Assembly (NCBI GenBank): GCA_963740315.1
Contig: CAVUDP010000002.1
Span: 3,552,001 to 3,616,000, forward strand
Direction of reading: 5' to 3'
Length of the DNA stretch: 64,000 bases
From: an uncultured cyanobacterium
GTDB taxonomy: Bacteria > Cyanobacteriota > Cyanobacteriia > Cyanobacteriales > Nostocaceae
Position numbers and translations under genes: made by a program. The notes under the pieces are model-generated. The model was not told where the DNA came from and did not search any database. It saw only the letters and a list, made by a program, of their open reading frames with translations. Positions 28,586 to 38,919 of this stretch are shown in pieces (the first letter of the stretch is position 1; each line of letters starts with the position of its first letter).

Positions 28586-29674
28586 ATGACTATTTCAAAT
28601 ACAAATAATAATTTAGCTTCGTTGGTTTCTAGGATAGAGCAACTTGAAGCTCAACAAGAGATTTGGAAAAAGAATACTATTTGGTTAAAACGCTGTTTTG
28701 ATGAATTAAAGCAGGAATTTAATAAATTAGCGGAATTATCACTCTTAGAAAGCACGCAGGAAAAGGTTTTACAATTATCCGCGCAAGTAGTTGAGTTACA
28801 ACAAAGCCTCGATTGCTCGTCTGATGTAATTTTAGAAAGTAACGAAGTGATTGAAGATGTTACTTATGGCGAAATTGTTAGTGCTGAAGAGTTTTGGCAA
28901 CGTTATGAAAATGGCGATCGCAATTTTACCGGGATTAATTTAACTGGGGCAGATTTAACTGAAGATTCACCAAGCGATGTGAATTTAAGCAGGGCTAATT
29001 TAACTCAAGCAAGGCTAAGTGGTACTAACTGGAGTCGTGAAAACCTTAGTGGTGCAAATTTAACACAAGCAGATTTGAACAACACAAGCTTATGTAATGC
29101 CAATTTGAAAGAAGCAAATTTAAGTGAAGCTAACTTAAGCCAAGCTGATTTTAGTAATGCTAACTTATCAAATGCTTGTTTAGAAGGAGCAAATTTGATT
29201 CAAGCTGATTTTAGTGGAGCCAACTTAAGCAAAGCAACCTTCAGTGATTCAAGTGGAAATTCAGCCGATTTAATTGGTGTTAATTTTAGTGGAGCTAATC
29301 TTAGTGGAGTTAACTTTAATAGAGTTGATTTAACCGCAGCAGATTTAAGTCAAACTAATTTGCAAAAAGCAGAGTTTAGTAATGAAACAAGGTTAAAGGG
29401 TGCTAATTTTAGTGAAGCAAATCTTATTAAAGCCTGTCTAAGCGGTGCAAATTTAAGTGGAGCCGATTTATCAGAAGCGAGCTTGTGCGGAGCATATTTA
29501 GAAAATAGCGATCTAAGCAACGCAAATCTCACCTCAGCCGATTTACGTGGGGCTGATTTAACAGATGCCAATTTATCAAATGCCTGTTTAGAAGATGCCA
29601 ACCTAGCAGGAGCAATCCTCGATGGCGCAAATCTTTCAGGTGCTATGATGCCGGATGGCACAACCCACGAATAA
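28586..29674 (+). CDS. Pentapeptide-repeat protein with N-terminal coiled coil
   Basis: Long A(N/D)LxG/E repeat tract ending AMMPDGT; AGGAGG RBS before the ATG at 28586. Confidence 0.9.
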   Translation: MTISNTNNNLASLVSRIEQLEAQQEIWKKNTIWLKRCFDELKQEFNKLAELSLLESTQEKVLQLSAQVVELQQSLDCSSDVILESNEVIEDVTYGEIVSAEEFWQRYENGDRNFTGINLTGADLTEDSPSDVNLSRANLTQARLSGTNWSRENLSGANLTQADLNNTSLCNANLKEANLSEANLSQADFSNANLSNACLEGANLIQADFSGANLSKATFSDSSGNSADLIGVNFSGANLSGVNFNRVDLTAADLSQTNLQKAEFSNETRLKGANFSEANLIKACLSGANLSGADLSEASLCGAYLENSDLSNANLTSADLRGADLTDANLSNACLEDANLAGAILDGANLSGAMMPDGTTHE

Positions 29675-29679
29675 AAAAC

Positions 29680-29884
29680 GCCCTCACCCTCGAAGGGTAG
29701 GGAACCACCAATACGAAGCCCACCTGCGTGGGCTTGTAAAAATCTTGTAGTAGTTCACCAAATCCTCGATACTAATCAAAATACTGGGAGACGTTGCACT
29801 GCAACGTCTCTACAAGGTTTATCTGTATTTAATTAGTCCGCGCAGGCGGACTTCGCTTGTGTAGACGCGGTTTCAACCGCCCGG
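29680..29884. repeat. Cluster of REP-like palindromic elements
   Basis: AAGCCCAC-ctgc-GTGGGCTT (29716-29735), GAGACGTTGCA-c-TGCAACGTCTC-TAC (29788-29813), AGTCCGC-gcag-GCGGACT (29835-29852). Confidence 0.75.
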
Positions 29885-29904
29885 TCTAATTTAATACTTC
29901 CTAC

Positions 29905-31632
29905 TCAATATTTCCTCTCTTTCGGCTCAAACATGGTAATCGACACTGGACGATATTGAATATCAATTCCGGCTGGGGAATAGTACGCCATCGTGTGCTT
30001 CAAATATTTATCATCGTCTCTTTCTGTATAGTCTTCCCGACAATGTGCGCCTCTACTTTCTTGTCTATTAAGAGCCGATGTCATTATCATTTGTCCGACT
30101 ACCATCAAGCTTCGTAATTCCAAAGCCTCGATAAGTTCTGTATTCCAACAACTGCCTTTGTCGTCTAAGTAAATTTGCGAGTAATTATTCTGGATTTGCT
30201 GTATTTTTTCTAATCCTTGTGTCATCAATTCTTCGTTACGAAATACGCCGCAGTAATCTGTCATGGCATCTTGGAATTCTTGCCGCACTTGATTAATGCG
30301 GTATTCTCCGGGCTGTTCCAATAAGCTTTGAATTTGCTGCTTGGCTTCGCTTATATAATGCTGCTCGTCTATAGAAGGTAATTTACGATTTTCTACGTAT
30401 CTGGCTATGCTTGCTCCGGTTCTGCGTCCGTAAACAACACATTCTAATAGCGAGTTACTACCGAGACGATTTGCTCCATGTACGGATACGCAAGCGCTTT
30501 CTCCAGCAGCAAAAAAGCCTTCGACCAAATTATCTCCACTGCTGCGAACTTGTCCGTCGGTGTTTACTGGGATACCACCCATCGAATAGTGGATTGTTGG
30601 ACGTATGGGCATTGGTTCGTTTACCGCGTCAACTCCTACTAAACGGTGTGCTTCTTCCCAACAAAAGGGAACGCGGCTCATGATTTTTTCTTTGCCCATG
30701 TGACGTAAATCCAGATAAACACAAGGACCACCAGGGCTACCATCGCGATGAGCGCCTCTTCCAGCACGGACTTCGCGGGTAATCGCCCTTGATGTAATGT
30801 CCCTTGGCGCTAATTCCATCCGAGAAGGAGCGTAATTTGCCATAAAGCGATCGCCTTCGCAATTGATCAAATATGCTCCTTCACCACGCACGGCTTCGGA
30901 AATTAATACGCCGACAGGGTACAAGCCTGTTGGGTGAAATTGCACAAATTCCATATCCTCTAATGGCAAACCAGCAAGGGCTGTTATAGCTAAACCATCG
31001 CCTGTAGAAGCATAATCATTAGATGTCGTATTGAAAGCTCTACCGTAACCACCTGTAGCGAACATTACAGCTTTAGCTCGCACAACTTCCATATGTCCGT
31101 CAAGGATGCGGAACATTAACACCCCTTTCGCTTGATTTTCTTCCAATATCAAGCGCATTACATACCATTCATCATAAATATGTACGCCATAACGCCGCAG
31201 ATTATTAACCAATTCATGCAAAATTGCATGACCAGTTTTATCGGCAGCGTAGCAGGTACGATTGTGAGTATGTCCGCCAAACGCCCGCTGAGCAATTCTA
31301 CCGTCATCCAAACGAGAGAACAAAACGCCCATGTGTTCCAAATCGATCACCACATCTGGCGCTTCTTTGGTGAGAATCTCTACTGCATCCTGATCTGCTA
31401 AATAATCGGAACCTTTTACGGTATCAAAAGCGTGCGCTTCCCAAGTATCAGCAGAATCAACATTTTTGAGAGTAGCCGCGATACCACCTTGCGCCGCTAC
31501 CGAATGAGAACGAATCGGGTGAGTTTTAGCAATGACAGCAATACTTAAACTAGGATTAGTCCGCGCAATTTCCACCGCAGCGCGACTTCCAGCCAATCCC
31601 CCACCAACTATGATTACATCGTGTTCTAACAT
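29905..31632 (-). CDS. sdhA: Succinate dehydrogenase/fumarate reductase flavoprotein subunit
   Basis: GGGLAG, RSHSVAAQGG (covalent FAD His), QFHPTG and HGANRLGSNSL motifs; start taken at MLEHD. Confidence 0.95.
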   Translation of the reverse strand: MLEHDVIIVGGGLAGSRAAVEIARTNPSLSIAVIAKTHPIRSHSVAAQGGIAATLKNVDSADTWEAHAFDTVKGSDYLADQDAVEILTKEAPDVVIDLEHMGVLFSRLDDGRIAQRAFGGHTHNRTCYAADKTGHAILHELVNNLRRYGVHIYDEWYVMRLILEENQAKGVLMFRILDGHMEVVRAKAVMFATGGYGRAFNTTSNDYASTGDGLAITALAGLPLEDMEFVQFHPTGLYPVGVLISEAVRGEGAYLINCEGDRFMANYAPSRMELAPRDITSRAITREVRAGRGAHRDGSPGGPCVYLDLRHMGKEKIMSRVPFCWEEAHRLVGVDAVNEPMPIRPTIHYSMGGIPVNTDGQVRSSGDNLVEGFFAAGESACVSVHGANRLGSNSLLECVVYGRRTGASIARYVENRKLPSIDEQHYISEAKQQIQSLLEQPGEYRINQVRQEFQDAMTDYCGVFRNEELMTQGLEKIQQIQNNYSQIYLDDKGSCWNTELIEALELRSLMVVGQMIMTSALNRQESRGAHCREDYTERDDDKYLKHTMAYYSPAGIDIQYRPVSITMFEPKERKY

Positions 31633-31685
31633 CATTCCCCCCGACTTTAAGAAACCTATTTTTACATAGTTACTCATATTTAGGC

Positions 31686-31850
31686 AGATGGGGGGATGGG
31701 GAGATGGGGAGATGGGGGGATGGGGGGATGGGGAGAGGGGGGAGATGGGGTAGATGAGGTAGAAAATCCTTAATTCCTAACTCCTAACTGCTAACTCCTA
31801 ACTCCTAACTCCTAACTCTCTATGCCCCATTCCCCATGCCCAATCCAAAA
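31686..31850. repeat. STRR cluster (GGGGAGAT, CCTAACT units)
   Basis: Tandem 7-8-mers. Confidence 0.9.
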
Positions 31851-31854
31851 TCAA

Positions 31855-32160
31855 TTAACCCGCTACAGGTTGTTGTTGGGAAACGTTACCTGGAATCGGT
31901 TCCATAGTTGTTCCTGGTTCTATAGCAGATAGTTCAATATGATTTATCAATGTGGTTACGAATGCGAATAGTAAGAAAGGTAGGGATAAGAGTACTACGA
32001 GTCCGACTGTAGCTAAGGCATACACTGGTCTTCTGGCACCCATTAACGCTAAGGCAGATGCCAAACTGAGGGTAATAGTTATCAGCCAAACCATTATTTG
32101 ACCGTAGACATCGCCGAAGGTGAGAGTGCAGACAAAGCGATATTTTTGTAAGTTAATCAT
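31855..32160 (-). CDS. Conserved cyanobacterial small membrane protein
   Basis: CTLTFGDVYGQI..WLI; two TM helices. Confidence 0.75.
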   Translation of the reverse strand: MINLQKYRFVCTLTFGDVYGQIMVWLITITLSLASALALMGARRPVYALATVGLVVLLSLPFLLFAFVTTLINHIELSAIEPGTTMEPIPGNVSQQQPVAG

Positions 32161-32564
32161 TTAATTGCCTCAATTCCATATATGCTTCTAGGTTAAAACC
32201 ATGTTTGGGTTTTAGACGATTTCTAAATATTTTTGAAATAATTGTAATATCGCTTCACAAATAGTTGCTTTATGTCTATAAATTTACAAAAATAAATCTA
32301 TCTTAAGATGGGAGTTGATAATTGGGTATGGGGCATTGAGAATAAAGTAAAATACTTTTTTAATATTTGTTTGTATATCTGTTAACTTTTAGTTGCTGCC
32401 ATTGCCATTAATAATTATTCAATATATCAAGTTTTTGGGATTTAAATTAGATAATACTCCTTAATAATTTATCTTGTTTAGGTCTTATTTACCGGGTTGC
32501 GCTTGATACTGATTTATTCTAAGAAAGCATCTGTTTTATTGTCTTCTTGTTTAAAACAGGTTAA

Positions 32565-33692
32565 TTATTGCTCAATTTTATCCATAGCTGACTCGGCTGA
32601 TGCTTCCTCTTTCTTCAACGGTAAAGTAACAATAAAAGTCGTACCGATTCCAACTTCACTATCAACCGCGATCGTACCACCGTACAAATCTACCGACTGC
32701 TTAACAATCGCTAAACCCAAACCAGTACCGGGAATTTTACCAACATTAGAAGCACGACGGAATGATTCAAATAAGTGAATTTGGTCTTGTAAGGGAATAC
32801 CAATACCTTTGTCTTTGATTTTAAAGATAATATTTGCATCTTGAAAGATTAAATCAAAATCTACTGGAGTATCTAATGGTGAATATTTTATGGCATTAGT
32901 AAGTAAATTTGTCAAAATGTGACGCAATAAATTTTCATCTAAATAAGCTTTTGTACGTTCACCTTGAATAGTATGATTAATTTCATGGTTAATGACAGCA
33001 CTTATTTGTATTTCTGCAACAAGTTGGTGACAAAACTCTTGTAAATCTAAAAGTTGTAAATTACACTTTTGTTCTATCAATTCTCCTTTAGTTAATATCA
33101 AAACATCATCTAAAGTATCGGTCATCTTTTTCGCAGATGCTTTGATGCGCGTAAATAATTCTTGTTTTTTTTCTGAAGTTAACTTATCGCCTCCACGATA
33201 AAGCATTTGCGCGTAAGCTAAAATTATATGTAGCGGATTGCGAAATTCATGAGATGCAACTGAGATAAAACGGCTTTTCAGTTCGTTGAGGTTTTGTAAA
33301 TGGTCGTTAGCAGCTTTCAATTTTAAAGATAATTGTCGCTTCTGTAATAGCGCTTCTACACGTACCTGCAATTCTACTTTTTCTATGGGGTTAATAATCA
33401 ACTCATCAATAGTTTTCCATAGATGTCGCGTGATCATTTTCACATCCGTGCGGGATGTTATTAAAAGAAACGGAAGAAAAACAGGTTCTTCTGCTTTTTT
33501 GGTTGCTTCTAACCAATCGCTGAATTTATCTAGAGCTATAGGACCAAGGATACATAAATCGAAAGAATGATGTAATTTTAATAAATCAGCATCGGCAGAT
33601 GGGGATAATACTTCATAGCCTGCTTCTTGTAGCGATCGCGATAGCAAATATCGATTCTGCTTATGTTCGAGGAGTAGTAAAATCTTTTTCAT
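32565..33692 (-). CDS. Histidine kinase with N-terminal pseudo-receiver domain
   Basis: SHEFRNPL, NLLTNAIKYS, DKGIGI and GTGLGL are intact. The receiver-like N-terminus has DLCILG (no phospho-Asp) and NP instead of KP. Confidence 0.88.
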   Translation of the reverse strand: MKKILLLLEHKQNRYLLSRSLQEAGYEVLSPSADADLLKLHHSFDLCILGPIALDKFSDWLEATKKAEEPVFLPFLLITSRTDVKMITRHLWKTIDELIINPIEKVELQVRVEALLQKRQLSLKLKAANDHLQNLNELKSRFISVASHEFRNPLHIILAYAQMLYRGGDKLTSEKKQELFTRIKASAKKMTDTLDDVLILTKGELIEQKCNLQLLDLQEFCHQLVAEIQISAVINHEINHTIQGERTKAYLDENLLRHILTNLLTNAIKYSPLDTPVDFDLIFQDANIIFKIKDKGIGIPLQDQIHLFESFRRASNVGKIPGTGLGLAIVKQSVDLYGGTIAVDSEVGIGTTFIVTLPLKKEEASAESAMDKIEQ

Positions 33693-33694
33693 TT

Positions 33695-34057
33695 TTAATC
33701 CTCTAACAACCTTTTAATTAAAGTAAATAACTGTTTAATCACAAGTGGTTTAATTAGTATATTCCTAGCGCCGCAAACAACACTTTGATTTTGAATTACA
33801 GCATTTTGGCGAGGTGAAACAATTAAAAATGGTATTTGTTGATTTTGCAACTGTTCGCACCACTTCCAAATGCTGCTATCAAAACCAGTAATATCTATTA
33901 AACCCAAATTAATTTGAGCTTGACTCATAGCACGGTTAAATTCCTCCAAACCGCTTGCACTAATAACTTGATATCCTTCCCGACTCAAAAATTGATTAAG
34001 TAATTCTAAATTACGAACATTGCTGCTTACTGTCAAAATAAAAGGTTTGACATTCAT
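33695..34057 (-). CDS. Stand-alone atypical receiver (CheY-like) protein
   Basis: Receiver pattern with LGLID and LIKP retained, but the acidic pocket reads ILTVSS instead of ILxVDD. Confidence 0.8.
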   Translation of the reverse strand: MNVKPFILTVSSNVRNLELLNQFLSREGYQVISASGLEEFNRAMSQAQINLGLIDITGFDSSIWKWCEQLQNQQIPFLIVSPRQNAVIQNQSVVCGARNILIKPLVIKQLFTLIKRLLED

Positions 34058-35523
34058 TTTTTAGGATCGTTTCGATCTACCCATTCTGGCGTACCGCTAA
34101 GAATTTTTCGCAGATTAGTTAATGGTTTACCTACTTTAATACCGTAACGAGTTATTTCTATTTCTCGCAATGTTTTTTCAAAATCGGATAATCTCTTTTT
34201 CAATACGCCAATAGCTTTCTGCATTTCTCCATATATTTCTAAATAGCGTAAGAAAATAATATTATCTGCAATATAGCTAATGCCTAATTCAGTCGCACGG
34301 AAATCACCCGTAATATTCTCCGTTTCATTAACTAAAATTATCGTCACGCCCATATTTTGCAAATACTTACATAAAGCGTGCAAATGACTTGCTAAATCTG
34401 CTCCGCGCATTGCCAGTCGGTAGCCAGCAACGCTGTCAATCATCACAATCCGAGCTTTATTTTCTTCAACTTCATAACGTACTCGATCGGCAAATTCATC
34501 GTGAGTGAGGTGCAAAGGTTCCATTCTGGCGATCGATAAATTACCATTTGCAATCATCGCATGAATCGGAATATTTACTTTTTGAGAGCGAGCCACTAAA
34601 GTTTCTTCACTTTCCTCAAAAGTATAAACTATAGAACGTTCCCCTCTTCCTGCTGCTTCTTTCATAAACTGTAGTCCTAAAGTCGTTTTACCCACACCAG
34701 TTGGACCAGTTAAAATTGTTACAGTTCCTCGTTCGATACCACCGTGCAGCAATTCATCTAATTCCGGTACACCAGAAGAAATTGTTTCAAGATAAAATTC
34801 TCTCTTAAAAATTTGTGGCTGTAATTTCGGAGCAACCTGCATTCCCTTAGAAGTTAAACGTAGCGAATGTAAGCCAGCGAGAAAATCAGAACCGCGAAAC
34901 TTCGTAACGCTAATATTTCTTTCTTCTGAAGAGTTGTGAAGGTGAATTACTCCATCGCTAATAAACTGTAAATCATCATCGGGAGCTTCCGGGCTACTTT
35001 CAGAAGTAAATACTACTGTTGCACCAGCTTGCAACAAAAAACGCATAAATGACAATACCTGCTTGCGGAACTGGAAATCATCAGTACACAGATAGCGAAA
35101 CTGTGTCATCGAATCAATCAGAACTCGTGCCGGCTTAAGTGATTCTACAGTCTCGATAATTCTTTGAGTAGTAGGTTCCCGTTCAACTTCGGCTGGGGAG
35201 AAAATATCATAAGTTTGGACTTCGGTGAAAAAGTCCGCACCGGGGCTTAAATCCAAAAAATGGATTGCTTGAGTATCGAAACCCAGAATTGCACCATTAG
35301 TTTTGATTTGTTCTGCTGGTTCCCCTAAAGTGATATAAAGGCTTACTTCATCGTTTGCTATACCCGCATTCAAAAAATGCAATCCTAACATCGTTTTACC
35401 GCAACCCGGACCACCCCGTACCAAATAAGCTCGCTTCGGGATTAAACCCCCAGTAAGAATTTGATCGAAACCTGTAATTCCGGTAGATAAACGAGCTAAA
35501 TTCATTGAAAAAGTTTTTGTCAC
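34054..35523 (-). CDS. Double-domain KaiC-like (RAD55/GvpD-type) ATPase
   Basis: Two Walker A motifs (GGPGCGKT, GPTGVGKT), two Walker B motifs (LIDS, MIDS), FEE, KFRG/KKR fingers, ISYIADNII at the KaiC phosphosite position; no KaiA-binding tail. Confidence 0.9.
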   Translation of the reverse strand: MTKTFSMNLARLSTGITGFDQILTGGLIPKRAYLVRGGPGCGKTMLGLHFLNAGIANDEVSLYITLGEPAEQIKTNGAILGFDTQAIHFLDLSPGADFFTEVQTYDIFSPAEVEREPTTQRIIETVESLKPARVLIDSMTQFRYLCTDDFQFRKQVLSFMRFLLQAGATVVFTSESSPEAPDDDLQFISDGVIHLHNSSEERNISVTKFRGSDFLAGLHSLRLTSKGMQVAPKLQPQIFKREFYLETISSGVPELDELLHGGIERGTVTILTGPTGVGKTTLGLQFMKEAAGRGERSIVYTFEESEETLVARSQKVNIPIHAMIANGNLSIARMEPLHLTHDEFADRVRYEVEENKARIVMIDSVAGYRLAMRGADLASHLHALCKYLQNMGVTIILVNETENITGDFRATELGISYIADNIIFLRYLEIYGEMQKAIGVLKKRLSDFEKTLREIEITRYGIKVGKPLTNLRKILSGTPEWVDRNDPKK

Positions 35524-35767
35524 GTAAAATTAAATATCCATCAAATCGAAATTATTATACTTTGTCATTCTTAAAGGTTAAAGGTCTGCATGTTAAAGGT
35601 CAAAGGCTTTTAGATTGAGAGTTATGAGTTATGAGTTAGGAGTTAGGAGTTAGTAATAATTTAATCTTCCCCATCCCCTCATCCCCCATCTCCCCCTCTC
35701 GCCCTGCTTGCTAAGATAAAGTAAAGCGGAATCATTTCACCTATAGATATTTGTGAGTTATAAGACT

Positions 35768-36331
35768 ATGCCCTCTGCGATCGCCGTTGAGAAGAAAAAA
35801 TTAAAAAATCCGCCCTTGAAACTTCATTACTTGGGCGATAAAGTTTTGCGACAACCTGCTAAGCGTATATCAAAAGTGGATGACGAAATTCGTCAATTAG
35901 CCAAAGAAATGTTGCAAACCATGTACAGCAGCGACGGTATCGGTTTGGCTGCACCCCAAGTGGGAGTTCATAAACAACTTATTGTTATGGATATTGAACC
36001 AGATAACCCAGCTAACCCTCCGTTAATTTTGATTAATCCGGTTATTAAAAAAGCTTACGGTAACATCTGCGTAGAACAAGAAGGATGTCTAAGTATTCCA
36101 GGCGTTTACCTGGATGTTAAGCGTCCGGAAATGGTAGAAGTTAGTTATAAAGATGAAAATGGTCGTCCTCAAACCTTGAAAGCTGGGGATTTGCTCGGAC
36201 GTTGTATCCAACACGAGATGGATCACCTTAACGGCGTAGTATTTGTAGACCGAGTAGAAAACGCTTTAGCATTGACACAAGAGCTATCAAAGAATGGTTT
36301 TTCCCATCAAGCTGTAAAATCAATAGCATAG
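35768..36331 (+). CDS. def: Peptide deformylase
   Basis: GIGLAAPQVG, EGCLSIPG and QHEMDHLNG motifs. Confidence 0.97.
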   Translation: MPSAIAVEKKKLKNPPLKLHYLGDKVLRQPAKRISKVDDEIRQLAKEMLQTMYSSDGIGLAAPQVGVHKQLIVMDIEPDNPANPPLILINPVIKKAYGNICVEQEGCLSIPGVYLDVKRPEMVEVSYKDENGRPQTLKAGDLLGRCIQHEMDHLNGVVFVDRVENALALTQELSKNGFSHQAVKSIA

Positions 36332-36344
36332 AAGGGGAAATACT

Positions 36345-36551
36345 ATGAACACAATGACACCGATTAGCGGTTTGTTTTTACTGGGTTCTTGCGTTGCTGC
36401 GATCGCGGCAGTAGGTTCGATATTTGAACTTTCATCAGGACAACCAGATTTAGGAATGCAAAACACCGCCATTATCTTGGGAATTAGCATTCCACTAACA
36501 GCTTTGTTTTTCTTAGCCGCAGTCCGAGATGCACGAGCTAACATGAAATAA
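36345..36551 (+). CDS. Small conserved membrane protein downstream of def
   Basis: AAIAAVGSIFEL..G.P.LG; two TM helices; GGGG RBS. Confidence 0.75.
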   Translation: MNTMTPISGLFLLGSCVAAIAAVGSIFELSSGQPDLGMQNTAIILGISIPLTALFFLAAVRDARANMK

Positions 36552-36751
36552 GCATCAGGTACAAATAGGAAAAAGGCAAAAGAACGAAGATCGACTTTAT
36601 TCTTTTACCTTTTACCTATTTATTTTTTTTAATCGGGCATTGGGAATAGGTTAAAGGTTAAAAGTTAAAGGTTAAAAGTTAAAGGTTAAAATTCCCCTTG
36701 TCCCCCCTCTCCCCATCTCCCCATCTCCCCATCCCCCCTCTCCCCATCTCC

Positions 36752-37546
36752 TCAATATCCCGAAATCCTCTCCCCATAACCGATTTCTACATCATCGAAA
36801 TAAATAATTCGAGAATCCACAATAGATTTGTGCGGACTGTATTTCCAGTCTGGCTTATATACACCAATCTTTAAATAAACGCCTGTTTCATCGTTATAAG
36901 TATTCGCGCCAATGCGATCGACAATTTTTTCTTCATCTTGCCAAACTTCTACTATTCCATCTTGTGAATAAGTCCATTTGATATGAAAAGTCCAATTAAC
37001 CCATTTACCTTTCAATTCATCTAAATATCCTTCCCATAGCATAGATTTGCCTTCGTTGGTATTGTTTACAGTTACTTCCTTAGAATCCCATTGGTTCTGT
37101 AATTTAATTTTATCGCCTTGAATTACCATATATAAAGGTGGACCTCGCCAAGTTTCACCTTTATCAAAATCAGGATAAGCGTGCCATTGAGTGATAATTT
37201 CAAAGGAATTGGGGTCAGTTTCCCAATCATCTGGGATAAACATTCTGAAGCGATACCAATTATCACCATTAGCTTCTTCTAAACGCCCTGCAAATTCGGA
37301 ACGCTTGCTGTTATGAACCTCTTTATCATTCCGTCGCAACTCGAATTTAACAGATTTTTTACCTTTATAAGACTCTGCGGTTGAATATTCGTAAGAATGT
37401 TTGCAGCAAGTTTCTAAAACATTCCAAATATCCCCTTTTTTAAATTTATCTCCCTCGAAATCAGAGAAAAAAGTACTTGCTTTTGAAGATTGATTTCCAA
37501 AGAATACAATTAAAAGAAAACAAATGCAACTAGCCGAGATTTTCAT
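36752..37546 (-). CDS. Secreted polysaccharide-lyase-like (jelly-roll) protein
   Basis: Signal peptide; KRSE, WYRFRMFIP, IITQWH and YLKIGVYK motifs. Confidence 0.7.
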   Translation of the reverse strand: MKISASCICFLLIVFFGNQSSKASTFFSDFEGDKFKKGDIWNVLETCCKHSYEYSTAESYKGKKSVKFELRRNDKEVHNSKRSEFAGRLEEANGDNWYRFRMFIPDDWETDPNSFEIITQWHAYPDFDKGETWRGPPLYMVIQGDKIKLQNQWDSKEVTVNNTNEGKSMLWEGYLDELKGKWVNWTFHIKWTYSQDGIVEVWQDEEKIVDRIGANTYNDETGVYLKIGVYKPDWKYSPHKSIVDSRIIYFDDVEIGYGERISGY

Positions 37547-38055
37547 AGTAGAAACTTGAACAGTTCGTAGTATGTCACTAAGTCGCTTCTCACAATTAAC
37601 GAGCCACAGGGGCTACGCAATTATATGAAGCGATCGTAGAAATTTTTAACCCTGACACAAGACAAACAACCTGTAGGGAATCAGGCTTTTAACTTTCAAT
37701 AATATCTATAACACTATAGCGTATTTATATTATGTATTATGCAAATAAATTTAATTATTAGTAATACATAAAAACTTTTTTTGCTTTGATAAATGTATTT
37801 TTTATTATGCTAAAGTGGTAATGTTTTTTAAGAGTATTTTTCTACCAAGGCTAATTATTTAACAATTAAAATAAAACTATTGTGCAAAAAATTGTACGCG
37901 ATCGCATCCGGCTTTTAGCTTAGAGAATCATCTAATTACCAATTAATAATTCCCTAATCTCCACAAGTTTTCCAAAAATAAAAACGGATTTATTCGTATG
38001 CTTTTATAAAATAATTAAAGACGCGATGGTTAAAAAATCCTGCTAATCTACAATT

Positions 38056-38901
38056 ATGATGTCCATACCAAATTCAACACAAAATCAACTACTGCGAATT
38101 TCTCAGGGACAACTTAACTTATTAGAACGTTGTCCCCGTCAGTTTCAACATACTTATTTAGAACAACTGCGCCCTCCGATAAATCCCGAATATGAAGAAA
38201 AACAGTTGCTGGGAAGTCGCTTTCACTTGTTAATGCAGCAGCGAGAAATTGGTTTAGAAATTGCTAGCTTTTTGCAAAACGATAGTCAATTGCAAAGTTG
38301 GATGAAGGCATATGAGCGATCGGCACCGGACATTTTAACGGATGCTACTGAGAATGAAACCTTTCGCGAAAGCGAACATTACCGCACGTTTCAAGTTGAA
38401 AACTATCTGCTTACCGTTATTTACGATCTATTGATTGCGGATAAAGAAAAAGCACAGATTCTGGACTGGAAAACTTATCCTAAGCCACAAAATAAACGAT
38501 CGCTGCAATACGACTGGCAGACACGTCTTTATATGTACGTACTAGCGGAAAGCAGCAACTATCCACCAGAAAATATTTCGATGACTTATTGGTTTGTGCA
38601 ATCCGAAAGCAAACTCAACAGCATAAAATTCAGCTATAGTTCCCTACAGCATCAGCAAACCGAAAATAAACTCAATCAACTTTTAAAAAAACTAACGGTG
38701 GGGCTGCAAGCTTATCAACAGGGAGAACAATTTCCCCAAGTATCCGAAGGTAGCAAAACGTGCAATTATTGTCAGTATGCTGCCCGCTGTCAAAGAGTTA
38801 CTGTTAAATCTGGGGAAAAATCATCGTCTCAAAATTTACCTGGAGTCGATAATATCTTGATGAACTTAGATAATATTCAAGAAGTACCCCTAAATGGTTG
38901 A
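38056..38901 (+). CDS. PD-(D/E)XK nuclease, RecB/AddB/Cas4-like
   Basis: YDLL...ILDWKT nuclease motif, QTRLY; Cys pattern C...CxxCxxxxxC typical of a 4Fe-4S staple. Confidence 0.85.
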   Translation: MMSIPNSTQNQLLRISQGQLNLLERCPRQFQHTYLEQLRPPINPEYEEKQLLGSRFHLLMQQREIGLEIASFLQNDSQLQSWMKAYERSAPDILTDATENETFRESEHYRTFQVENYLLTVIYDLLIADKEKAQILDWKTYPKPQNKRSLQYDWQTRLYMYVLAESSNYPPENISMTYWFVQSESKLNSIKFSYSSLQHQQTENKLNQLLKKLTVGLQAYQQGEQFPQVSEGSKTCNYCQYAARCQRVTVKSGEKSSSQNLPGVDNILMNLDNIQEVPLNG

Positions 38902-38919
38902 TAACTTCTTAATTATTTT

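Noticed and set aside
34054..35523. Canonical circadian kaiC
   Set aside because: No adjacent kaiA/kaiB, S-Y instead of S-T at the phosphosite, and no C-terminal KaiA-binding tail.
38056..38901. Cas4 of a CRISPR-Cas system
   Set aside because: No cas1/cas2 and no repeat-spacer array in the window; better called a stand-alone RecB-like nuclease.
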